The notes: generated by a model not told the origin, from the letters alone. A DNA stretch of 63,493 bases, filler included, from Lenisia limosa (GCA_001655205.1; 10 parts of 10 records of this genome joined end to end with filler, not necessarily neighbours in it); one strand, 5' to 3'; positions 51,530 to 63,359 are shown, numbered from the whole stretch's first letter. Program-made: numbers and translations.

Positions 51530-54500
51530 GAAGTTCCTGGGACCGTTGTTGACGTTTTTGTTGAGCCCATTTCAAGGATATTATTCGTTTCCACTGCCAC
51601 TCATGTGGTAGGCTAAATGGTCGATTACCTCAGCTTACAGTTGTTTTAAATTAGTTATGTTAATACCCCCCCCCCCCAGTCTGACTGGAGAATTCAGCAC
51701 ACCGTTTTTAATTATATTTTTTTACATTAATTATTTTCCATATCAGTAGTAAGGCTCTATTTCCCCCACATCCTCACCACATCTACCAATATTCTTTACC
51801 TGGTTACCTCCATTTCACTCCGACTAGTATTCCTACGAGTGGGATGATTCGGATTCCGATGAAGCCAACCAGTTCTACAGCTATGTGGTATGGGAGGGGG
51901 TGGGAATCTAAGCTGACATTTTGACTTCTTTTTTAGTTTGAATCTAGCCAACTGCATATGATATGGTATTTAGTATAATATATCATAAACATTGTAATCT
52001 GATTCTTGGCGAGTCGTATCGAAAGGGTTATCTAATTGCCCTCTTGCAGGCCAATGCAACGCTTGCAAGACCATCATCAACGAACTCCATCACGTCAACC
52101 TGTACCCGTGGGGGGTTGGCAATATTTAAGTTATCTAGTATATGCTGAAGCGAAACTGTGTCGGTTTTGACATCTCGTGTCGGTTTTGATTTTTAATTTT
52201 TAAAATTATTTGGGCCAACTTCGTTTTAAAACAACGTAATTGTTAGATTTTTCGTATCATAAATAAAGAATATAACTAGATTAGGTATTATTTAATAAAA
52301 AGGAAGATTTTAGCGATTAATTAAAAAACCTGGGTGGAGCAGTGGTATAAAGAGTATATACATGTATGTGGGTCCTCAAAGCTCCGGACAGCATTCACAA
52401 TTCACTGGACACATCAAAACTCCCGGACAGCTTGAAGTTGACCTCTTGTCTGGGTCAACGGTAGTGTTTAGTACAAAACTGGTTCGACAGAGTTCCCCAA
52501 TTTTTTTTTTCAATTTTGAGCAAGTGTCAACAATCCGTGAATTTGGTCCCGGGGGTGGCCCCTTTTGCCTTGGATTTTTTTCTAAATCTATCCCTCTTTT
52601 AGTGTTCAGAAACAAAAAATTGTACCCCTCGGAGTAATTGGTTATGGATTCCCCCTTGCTTTGGCTATGTGATGGTGAATTTTGAGAGAAAAATGTTCAA
52701 AATAGTGCTTTCTACAAGGTCAAACTTTCCGGATAGTTGCCATTTATTCCTTGAATGTGGCCGATTATAACGGTTTTGGTTATTTTTGGCAGTTTAAGGG
52801 CCACAAACGGGTAGCCAAGTGACTTAATTTGGGTTTGAGCCAAGAATATGTAAAAATCGCATTATATCCTGTGATTATGACTGATTTTACTTTCGAAAAT
52901 AACATGAAAATGAAGTTTATAGTATAAAATGAAGTTTATACTTTTAGAGGGAAAATTCAAGCTGTCCGGGAGTTTTACATATATTTTTTTGAGATACTTC
53001 AATAGTCTTGAAAGACGGTTCTCTGAGCGATTTTGCAACAATTTGAAGTACTTGAGGTTCTTTCATATATAATAGCTATCATTAACCTAAAATGTCAAAA
53101 AAGAGGTTGGTAGGGGCTTCTTACTTGAAAAAAATGCGACGTGAATGGAGGCTCAGTGGCCAGTATTATACTATCCCGGAGAAAGAACGTGCAGCTCACC
53201 TAGAATAGATGTGAAACGAATAGAAGTTCTTACTTGATGGGTCCGAGCATTATCACCAATTGCTACAATTGGGCTACTTGGAGATGAGTTATATGTTTTA
53301 CCCATCAGGTGCATCCCCATTATGATGTTGAAAAATAGCCACTAAGATTGACTGCAATTACGTGCGTTCCATATTTTCTTGCCTCTTCGATGGTTTCATT
53401 TTGAGGTTGAAACATATTCTGTGGAGAGTGATCTGTTGCATTGATAGTTGCAATCATTTTTTTCAAAATAGGATTCAGACCAAAGCTGCTGGGGATTTGG
53501 GATTGGAGGGGGATTAAAGACAACTGAACCGCGTTTATCTGCTTTGGACAGACAGTAGTCACTGCCAACAATATTTGGAGAACCAACCACCTTACCGGAT
53601 AGCGAGGAAATAGACACTGCGGAAGCAAGAGGGTTATTTTTTTTTGTTTTTCCATTTCCCACACATGAAGGCAATTTCATCAAACATCATAATTCTGTTA
53701 TTATCCACAGGGAAATCCTTAACCGAGTTGACAAGATGATCAACAATAATTCTATATCTCTACACCTACTTAAGACAAAAAGCTACCCTAAAGGATCAAT
53801 TGAATTGAAAAAATGCACAGAAAACGCTCTTAAATGACTGGCAGTGTGTCTCAATTTGTCCAATAGCAATCTATATTTGATTTAAGCTATAATAGTATGA
53901 CAGAAAAACGATTATCTTTAACATTCCACAGAAATCTCTTGCACAGCGTATATTTGAAGCAGAAAGAGGCATAGGAAAACGCACTTATATAAAAATTTCC
54001 CCTTATTTTTCTTGATTTTTGTTTTTTTTACACTCAAAAGTATGATAAAACTTAGGTAGAAGGCCCTGTGGTAGGTCAAAAATCAAAACCGACACGATAT
54101 GCCAAAACCGACACAATTTATGCGCTTCAGCGATATCATACATATATATGCTACCGGCCAAAAACCCCGCCATTAAATATTTTCCGCCATCATTTTCCCG
54201 TCAATATTATCTTTTTGGTGATTGTTTACACTGTTACTCCAGATGTTTGCTCAGTTTGGGGGGTATTGTTACTTTTACTGATTTTTTTTTTTTCAGAGAC
54301 TACATGCCTTCTGTTTGTTGTGAACCTTAGCTCCTCTGAGAGTTCGGTTTTGGAGTTCAACAAGAATGGCGAGTTTCTATCAAACAAGTACATTGTCTTC
54401 CCCCAAGTGTTGGAGGGTGTATTGTTTGAGTTGGGTTAAAGCAGGGTTACTCTTTCAACGCTGTACTGATTTCATAGATTTGAGCACGTGTCTGAGTTCA

Positions 54501-57500
54501 CAACTGCCCACAAATCCGGAACTGTAGGTTACATAATTTCGGATTAAAAGTTATTTATTACAATTTACTTCTGATGAGATTTGCTCACAAATGTTCTTAA
54601 AATGCATGCATGCCTTTCTTTTCTTTTTTTTTTTGTATATTTATTTTGTTTCATTTTTCTGTCTTTCTGCACAGCTTTGGCCTGTCTGAAAATATGATCT
54701 AAACGCTATTTTGACTTGGATTTTGAAGAAATTATTAAATACTCAAATTAATTTGTACACTAAATTCCGATGGGAACATGAGGGTATATAATAGGCACCA
54801 CCCAATTATTTTGTTGAATCAAAATTCAATTTCTGACCAGTTCAGATGTACTACATCAACGTTCAAAGGAAGGTTTGCTGTTCTGCTAGAGGGGCTTAGG
54901 GAGGAGGGGTGGGGTGTTAATTCAGGAATTTACAGTTTGTGCGATGTCAGCCACAGTATTGCAAATAATATAGTAGTATTATTGCTCTTTTGATTCACTC
55001 CCACATTGCAGGTAGTTGAATTGACCTTCAACACCACTCAAGCGGACCTTGTACCCGCAACTTTAAAAGAATTCTCATCAACAAACATTCCTGAAAATCA
55101 TTTCCTTGCTGTATCATACGGTGGGAGTTTTTGAAAAGGTGCAATTATATTCAAAATCAAGTTTTCGTGAAAGCTATAAAACCCTTTTGTCACTTTTTTT
55201 GTCTGTTTCTTTTTCATTTAATCTGTAGTGGTTCCGACCCTTGGTTTACCCCCTTCGGATGATTGCTGGATCAAAAGTGGAGCACAAAACCTCAATTTCC
55301 TTCCAATCTACAACAGGGAAAAGGTATGAGCTATTGCTATGATCTATTGTATGGTTCTGGGCAGAAATTGTGCTTCATACACAAGAAACTNNNNNNNNNN
55401 NNNNNNNNNNNNNNNNNNNNNNNNNNNNNNNNNNNNNNNNNNNNNNNNNNNNNNNCCACTAATTGGCCTAGTTTTCCTGTTCATCTGTTCCCGATTGTGC
55501 TGGATCATCTTCTAACACTGTTTGGGCCAATATTGACCAGACACCTTTCTATTTACCATGTCTCTGTATGAGGGGGTTGTTCTCTTCGGAAGAGGCTTGA
55601 ATCTGGGTTTTTGTTTTGTTTCATAAATTCCTATTTTACCCCCTGCCCCTCCCCAGATCACCCCTTCATGGAAAGCGCGAATCTGATGTACCCCACAGCC
55701 GCACACCAGGCCAGGGAGGCCTCTGAACCAGGGTACATTGAAAAGGTCTTTAAAAAATACCAGTTTAGCGTATGAGGGGTTCCATGTTGTCTTATATTGG
55801 ATGCCTCTTGCCAAATATGAAATCTAATTTTTTTGATCTTTGAATGAAATAGTTTTTTTTTTCTGCTCAATAGCATTTATCGAAGGTTTTTCTTTTTGGT
55901 ACTGTAAGGGCCCTAATGGAATATTCCATGGGGGTGATACTGTACTTCTAGCTTCCAAGAGCAGGAAATACATCTCTCCTTTTTTTAACTTTGTAGAATT
56001 CTCTCTCGAACCACTTGGACCGAGTGGGGTTGACCTCTGCTGCCCCACCTGAGTGCAAATGGGCTGTGAGGGGGGTAGTGGGGGGTTTTGGAATGATGGT
56101 GGGGGTATGGAGGAAGGAAAACAGGGTGATTGGATTGTGTATTGTCATGATAAATAATCAATTATGACAGCCTCTTTATTTATGTGTACCCCCAAATCAG
56201 TCATTTTCAGATTTCACCTTTTCAGGTTGAATTGACCCCCGGAGGCCCCTGGGAGTACCAGTTTGGTTGGAGGGGGGGGGGAGTACAGGTAGACTCCCTT
56301 CGGTGAAGGCTGGTATTAAAGCGGTTAATATTTAGTATTCACTTATATTTTTTGACTGTGCAATCGTATCAACTCTATTCACATATCTATACCAAATGTG
56401 TCTAAGGCTCAGTATTCTCCTTACACTCTAGCCGGACCATATGAAAGCATTGTTTGGCCCTACTTCCCAAGTAAGATTTCGGCTAACTGCTGTTATTGTG
56501 GAAACCATTCCTCAACACAGTGAATATCACAAATTCTGTACATTTGCAATGCTATTGGACTTCATTTCACAACTCTTTTTTTTGAAACGCTGTACAAATT
56601 TTTCTTTATTTTCCTTTTTTTTTTAGTTTTTTTTTTGTCTCCCCCCTTCACCTCCACAGAAAACACAAACGCTGCTCAATTCAGAAAGTCGAAAATCAAG
56701 ACAACAATGTACGTCAAATACAGAATTCAAAGTAGGAAGGAGGGGATTGAACCACGAAGATGGGGTCACAGTTGCTTGGGAGCTGAGAAAGAGTGGGGGT
56801 TGAACACATAAAAATGTGTGTGGGNNNNNNNNNNNNNNNNNNNNNNNNNNNNNNNNNNNNNNNNNNNNNNNNNNNNNNNNNNNNNNNNNNNNNNNNNNNN
56901 NNNNNNNNNNNNNNNNNNNNNNNNNNNNNNNNNNNGTTTGTCCAAAACTCAGACCGCTCTACAAGTCTTACTCCTTTTTTATGACAAGGAAATGTAATGC
57001 CCCTCCACAATAAAAATGCAATGTTCATTGCTCACCTCTTGTAGACGGCTGGGATGCTGCATCGTTTGCAGCCGTAACCTCAAATGCTGCGACTAAGTCC
57101 TTCGGTGGAAGCGGATACTATTACCAGTACTATTACAGTGGTGGAGAGGCCATGTATGTCCCTCCACCCTCACGAAGCACAATGGTATGACCCCATGTAG
57201 CCCTCTTTATTTGTTCATCGCACTTTTCATATTCATTGAAACAATGCCAGTTCATGCCCTTTTATTGAGGGTGCTAATACGATGAATTTTGAATTGAAAA
57301 ACCTTCGTCAGATAAACATGTGATGATCATCATCTCTCACACCCTCGCAGCGCTATTCCAATACAGGCACCTTTTCACTCAACTTTGACACGGAGCTTGT
57401 TGATATTGCTGTGATCGTCGAGGTTCAGAACGAATACAGCAACACCACCTACACTTGCGGCACTGATGTTGTGGGAGGGTGGGGGTATGGTCCTTTTTAT

Positions 57501-58666
57501 GACCATATGAAAGAAAGTTGACAGTGATAATAAGACGAATCTTGAAGAGACGATAATAGAAAAACAATAGAGAATGCTGGGGTGATGATGCTCCTGATTG
57601 AAGCGTGAATGAAATTGTTTTCATCTGGCTCACCTTGCCAGTTTGATTATATAATGTGCGCGTACACCGTTTCAGCCCAATCCGTTGTATGTGGGATGTT
57701 CATCGTTATTACTGTTATTGTATTATGATATTGATACAATTATCTTTACCACAGAACATCCTTCGTTCACCTTTACAGGGAGACACGATCATCAACCTAA
57801 TAGTTGATCAGAACAATGTCATGCTAATGGATGCTGTTTTGAGGGAAAGCGCCTTTGTATGGGTGAAACAGGCCCAAAACATGAAACTGTTGGTTGGGAT
57901 TATGGGATACGATTGTCTGACCTCCTAATTATTTTTAAATACATTTTTTTCCCCATATAGTGTTAGTATTCAACCTTAGTTATGATGAAATACGTGATAC
58001 TGGTGTGAGGGGAGTGATACGCGGTTACCTCTAATTCCATCGCAACTCTTCGCCTTAACCTGTTCAGAGAGAAGTTTGCATATCTCACGATGCCGATCAC
58101 GACCGAACACTCCATTGTTGATATGACGCCGAAATCGCTTTTACCGCAAAAGGCTGCCAAGGTAAGCCCTCTTACGTTTCATAATTCTCGGTCATATCAT
58201 CGTAGAGGCTTCTTTCTTATATATCTGATCTAATAAACATTTGCCTATGTTGCTCGTTTAATAAAATGTAAATATGGTTGGTTTAATATCCTATTTAGAG
58301 TGGTTCATTTTCGCTCCTTTATGATATATGATATGATGATATAAGTAAATGGTTCCTTATCTTCTTCAGATTGTGCTGATGGGCGATTTAGAGCGGCTCT
58401 ACACCCCCCAGGTGTGCTTGTTTTCTTTATAGACTCGGAAATTTTATAACACCTGTTTTATTAAGTATTTCTTTCGAGTTCAGGGATATCTAGGGAAAGT
58501 AAATACTTATATTCTGCTAAATATGTGTCAAAGGTAAGATCTCATGGTGATTCAACTCACTCTGTGGCAGATTATGCTGAGGGGAGGCTTGGAGAACGTC
58601 ATCATGCCTGTTGCTGATATCTTCACAGGAGTGGTCAGCGGGATTTTCAGAGGAAGCGGTCTTTGA
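51530..58666 (+). CDS. Multi-exon gene (or genes) of unknown function, 5'-truncated
   Basis: Many GT-AG exons (EVPGTVVDVFVEPISRILFV, QCNACKTIINELHH, FSCSSVPDCAG, SFGGSGYYYQYYYSGG, IMLRGGLENVIMPVADIFTG...GSGL*); no family recognised. Confidence 0.55.
52144..54131 (-). mobile_element. ~2-kb TIR DNA transposon relic, IS630/Tc1-like, in an intron
   Basis: ~50-bp TIRs gctgaagcg..tgtgtcggttttgacatctcgtgtcggttttgattttt with a doubled internal repeat; degraded minus-strand ORF with AIGDNARTH and LSPG*YNTGH*ASIHVAFFSSK (resembling DNAxxH / LPPYSPxLNPIE). TSD not resolved. Confidence 0.6.
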
Positions 58667-59048
58667 AATATAATCACTAAAGTATAGGCATAAAACTATG
58701 AGATAAAATAAAAAAAAAATAACAGCTGCGCGAAAAACAATGAAAGGATGGAAATGATCTTGAAGTGATTTTCAACATTTCAACTTGTTTTCCTTGCAAA
58801 ATATCACCTTTTTTTCAAATACTACAGCGAAATTATCCATAATGCACCGTCAGAGTTTATCTACTTAGGCTATTGTCCCTACCCCGGCCCTGGAGCTTGG
58901 CACTTATGAGTATGACGGTTGAGAACTATTGGATACCTACATGTGAAAATCTGGTATAATAATTCATAATATACGTGGATCGAGGTACTTGATTTGTATA
59001 AGTTGTATAATATAAAGATTATTTCTATGAAATATCGTGTACTAATAG

Positions 59049-59980
59049 ATATGCTACCGGCAAAACCCCCCATCATTAAATCATTTTCCCGTCATTATTA
59101 CTTTTTTTTAGTGATTGTTTACTCAGATGTTTGCTCATTTTCAGTTTTTGCTTGTGAATGATTAATAGAAATATCAAGACCCTATTGTAACCAAAATAAT
59201 TTAAACAAAATATATCAATAAAAATTGCACAAAAAGCAACCACTATCAAATTTTATATGGCTTCTTTTGAGCTGGATTTGTTTTCCTCTTTTGTTTATTC
59301 TGAGGTAGTTTGACAATTTGGCCAGACCTCCGACATCCATACATGGTTCACAAATGAACCTGTTTTTGTTGAGAGTTTCTCACAAGTTTTGCCTTCAGTT
59401 CATCAATATTTGCAACAACCCAAATCACTATGAGAGATATGGTACTGAATCACCAGGTTTAAACAATTTCTTACCTCTCCCTTTTTAAACACAACAGCCC
59501 TCTGTCTGGGCTTAATTCTAATTAAAGAAAGTGGTTCTTTGAGTTGGAAAAACCAAAAACGAAGAGACCATAAGGTGAATTTTGTTGTAAACCACTCATA
59601 TACCCTTCAAACTTTTTGTTTTTCGTTTCCAAGTGGCTCCAGTTCCATAATTGAAAAAGTCAATAAAAAGGAAAATCAAGGGGAATAAATAAAAGCCACC
59701 TTTTTTTTGAGGTATACGGGTAATTTTTTAAAACAGTTAAAAACTCAAAATATGACATTTTTGGCGATTTAACCCGTCCCATTATTCAGGATATTTCCCC
59801 CCAATTCTCACGTTTTCAACATAAAAACCGTTATAATTTTGATATTTTTGAATAGCTGCAGGTTGCTCTAATTCCAAATTTGATATTTAACGGCAAACGA
59901 CCAAACGAGCAAACATATGTTGAAAAAAGTGTGAAAAAGCACCAAAAAATGATTTAATTACGGGGAAATGATTTAATTAT
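59049..59980. mobile_element. Putative non-autonomous TIR element (~0.9 kb); truncated left-end copy at 54145-54260
   Basis: attaaatcattttcccgtcatt (59075) is inverted relative to aattacggggaaatgatttaat (59956); subterminal atgtttgctc is also inverted. Confidence 0.55.
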
Positions 59981-60165
59981 TGGACTTTATTTTTTGAAAA
60001 AACAAAATATATGCTCACGGTCCTAAATGGTGTCATTAANNNNNNNNNNNNNNNNNNNNNNNNNNNNNNNNNNNNNNNNNNNNTTAATTAATTAANNNNN
60101 NNNNNNNNNNNNNNNNNNNNNNNNNNNNNNNNNNNNNNNCACTACATCCCATCCCTCCAGCATAC

Positions 60166-62051
60166 CAGGGGTGAAGACGGACTTTTTGTACTCAGCTGAC
60201 TGCTTCTCGAAAGCCTCCCAGCAGGGGAAGGAAACAACACGAGCCTGGTAGGAGTAAAATTGGAAAGCTTGAAACTATAATTAATTGAGTATGGTAAGTT
60301 TATGAAACTATCATGAGTAAAACTGGAAAACTTAAGAAACTCTAAATAATCATTGAGCACAATTGGAAAGCTCCCCCCCCCTACGTTAATGTTCTTCTCC
60401 TTGAGGAGCTTGGCAGTCTCAACAGCAAGAGAGGTCTCGGTTCCGGTTCCTGGGGGGGGGGGGTANNNNNNNNNNNNNNNNNNNNNNNNNNNNNNNNNNN
60501 NNNNNNNNNNNNNNNNNNNNNNNNNNNNNNNNNNNNNNNNNNNNNNNACTCTGTTGACTAACAACACAAGAGGGTCGATAACAACAAAACAAAGCCCAGG
60601 CCAATCGCTTTTGCAGCACCGCATCCCATCACTCAGAGAAAATTGGAAAATTATGAAAAATAGCCAAAACAACTCGGGTGGGGGTAAATGTGGAAAATGT
60701 ATGAACCAAAAAAAAAAGGGGGGGAGGTGTAAAAATAAGGATATCAGTTGCTGTTACACTACCAGACTAGCCAATTCCCTGTTGAACCCTCATACCGGCA
60801 AGGATGACAGCGGGGGCATCAGCATCTTCGAGAACGTAGGCACCCTGGCGAGTAAAAATGGGGGAAATGATTGCATCTGGCCGAAGCCGTTCACATCACG
60901 CTTATAAAAGATATTGAATTACCGTAAAAGCCTGAATATAAGCAACTTTTCAAAAAAATCCGTATTTTTGTCTTGACACAAACTTCTGTTTTTAAGGTCT
61001 TTTGTAAAAAGCATTGAATTCTGTGACTTGGGTATGTCAGTTGGTTAGTCAAAAGGATGCAGTATTCAATGTTCCTTCAAAGCGTAAGGTGAGAATTACC
61101 TCAGACTCTCCTCTTGGTCGGAAAACAACCTTGGGTGACCTTAAAGTTAAATTAATGGAATGGGTTCGATCACAACGACGAAGGAGACGTCAACCCTCGT
61201 TAAAATAGATTCGTGGTATGCTGTCTCGGAACAATTTTGTTTATCGAAGAACAACTCATGTTTCTCAAAGCAGGAGGTCGACCCTGAGGTTATTTTGAAA
61301 TTCAAAAAATTTGTTTTACAACATGTAATGTTGGTAATATGGTCAAATGGACTTTGAATCAAAAAGGGTCTTCAACAGTCACCGTTGTGCAACCGAAATC
61401 ACGACTTCGCATTACTATTCTTCTTGTTATCAGTTATTCTGGAAAATTCCTCATACCTGTGATTATTTCAAAGAGAAAAAAAGACGATGGGAAACGATAC
61501 TCCGGTGTTTTAGTCTATTTTCAAGAAAAGGGTTTGGATTCACGAAAGGGCAAAGTCGAAATTCTTCGGGTAAAAACTCCATCACTTCTGATTTGGGATT
61601 CTTTTGCTGACCACATGGCGGAGGAAGTGTCCACCTATTGCAAGAAAGAAAATGTGAAGCAATGCGTTGTCCCTTCGGGTTACACTTGGCTACTTCAGCC
61701 ACTTGGTGTTGCTATTAATAAAAAGTTGAAAGCAGAAATGAGGGCCCGTTTTTCTTCTTAAAAAACTATTTTTGTGTTATACTAATATTGATCCTTTTGA
61801 AGTAGATGACAATACTATGTCCCTATCTTTTTCGGCACAAGTTGCTTATATTAGGTAATCCGTGTTGTTATATTCGGGCTTTTACGGTAAAGTATATTAT
61901 GAATCAATCATCATCGTCGTCGTCTTACCGCCTCCCCAACCTTAAGAGCCTTGTCAACAGTGGAGTTGAGCATGGGAACACCCTGACGGGAGAACACGAG
62001 AACGGAGGGAGTGGTGGAGGCCTCAAGAGCGGCAATGTAGGCGGCGACAGT
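60166..62051 (-). CDS. TKT: Transketolase, internal fragment
   Basis: Exons 61941-62051 TVAAYIAALEASTTPSVLVFSRQGVP, 60796-60844 GAYVLEDADAPAVILA, 60385-60449 GTGTETSLAVETAKLL and 60166-60244 ARVVSFPCWEAFEKQSAEYKKSVF. Confidence 0.95.
60922..61887 (+). mobile_element. pogo/Tigger-like (Tc1/mariner superfamily) element, 966 bp, defective transposase, antisense in a TKT intron
   Basis: TA|CCGTAAAAGCCTGAATATAA ... TTATATTCGGGCTTTTACGG|TA; CENP-B-like HTH remnant (KLMEWVRSQR) and DDE_1 motifs RITILLVISYSG, LLIWDSFADH and VVPSGYTWLLQPLGVAINKKLK (third Asp replaced by Gly). Confidence 0.92.
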
Positions 62052-62362
62052 CTGAGGGCGGTCAAGATGGAATTTATGAAACAGAAAAGCCCAAAATCAT
62101 CTCTGTTAGCTGACAACACATGAGGATTGATAACAACANNNNNNNNNNNNNNNNNNNNNNNNNNNNNNNNNNNNNNNNNNNNTTAATTAATTAANNNNNN
62201 NNNNNNNNNNNNNNNNNNNNNNNNNNNNNNNNNNNNNNGATACTACCTTATTTTTTTTATTTCGCATTGCTATATTGGGGATTGGGTTGTATTGTAAATA
62301 GTGGATGTAGTTGATGGAAAAGGGGGGTATGCCTACTAGCAAAACACCACCCTCCCCTACAT

Positions 62363-62421
62363 GTTTGTTTGTTTGTTTGTTTGTTTGTTTGTTTGTTTGT
62401 TTGTTTGTTTGTTTGTTTGTT
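62363..62421. repeat. (GTTT)n microsatellite
   Basis: Directly visible; continues into masked bases. Confidence 0.95.
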
Positions 62422-62721
62422 NNNNNNNNNNNNNNNNNNNNNNNNNNNNNNNNNNNNNNNNNNNNNNNNNNNNNNNNNNNNNNNNNNNNNNNNNNNNNNN
62501 NNNNNNNNNNNNNNNNNNNNNNNNNNNNNNNNNNNNNNNNNNNNNNNNNNNNNNNNNNNNNNNNNNNNNNNNNNNNNNNNNNNNNNNNNNNNNNNNNNNN
62601 NNNNNNNNNNNNNNNNNNNNNNNNNNNNNNNNNNNNNNNNNNNNNNNNNNNNNNNNNNNNNNNNNTTTGGACCTTTTTTGTTTCATAAATTGTCCAATTT
62701 TACTCCCCCCCCCCCTCCTAG

Positions 62722-63120
62722 AGCGCTGCTGGAACCAGGTCAAGGAATCGAGTCGCTTTGTGGAGAGAAGGCAAGAGATCGACCATTTCAATGCGAATGT
62801 GAGGGGTATTATTGGGGGTATACTATCATAATACGATACAATTCGTACATACACACATACATAGTATGTACATAGGGATACCATAAGAACAATCTTCCGC
62901 TTCCTCATGGAAGGGCGCCAGGGAGCGTAAGCGCGAGAGTTGTATTTGTTTGTGGCATCCCTATGTATTTATTTGTTGCCCTAGATTTTTAATACAGTAT
63001 TAGTATATCATACTGTATTTATATTATTCTCTTGTCAACACAACAATCCTCATCCGTCATCAGAACGACACGCTGAAAAGAGGCCTGGCTATGGTACCAT
63101 CTGTCTACGGCTTGAGCTTC
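62722..63120 (+). CDS. XDH: Xanthine dehydrogenase/aldehyde oxidase, molybdopterin-binding region, two-exon fragment
   Basis: Exons 62722-62798 and 63064-63120 join as ERCWNQVKESSRFVERRQEIDHFNAN|NDTLKRGLAMVPSVYGLSF, colinear with the XDH motif RCW...FN..N.WKKRGL..P.KFGISF. Confidence 0.8.
62873..62983. mobile_element. Second TAGGG-ended MITE-like family (family C); half copies at 41423-41450 and 47386-47425
   Basis: tagggataccat... inverted with gtggcatcccta, followed by tgtatttatttgttgcccta; matches tagggaaacaaataaatacatagggatacc elsewhere. Confidence 0.55.
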
Positions 63121-63359
63121 GTGAGGGGAGTAAAATTGGAAATTTTTGAAACAAAAAAGCCCAAAAGAGGGTTGACAGCAAAAAAAAAGGATTGAAATGG
63201 ACTGATGAATACCCCCCGTACTCCTAACCAATCCAGACACCCAAGTTTATGAGTCAAGGTGCTGCACTTGTCCATCTGTAAGCATTTTATAGTTGCTTTT
63301 TTGATTAGTATTTTGTGTTTTTCTTCTTTTTTTTTGTGTTGATTATTAAGTATATTATA

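Noticed and set aside
3382-62908. Many ORFs containing X runs or low-complexity text (FVCL, KQAR, LLLL)
   Set aside because: They read through masked N tracts or microsatellites and are not real proteins.
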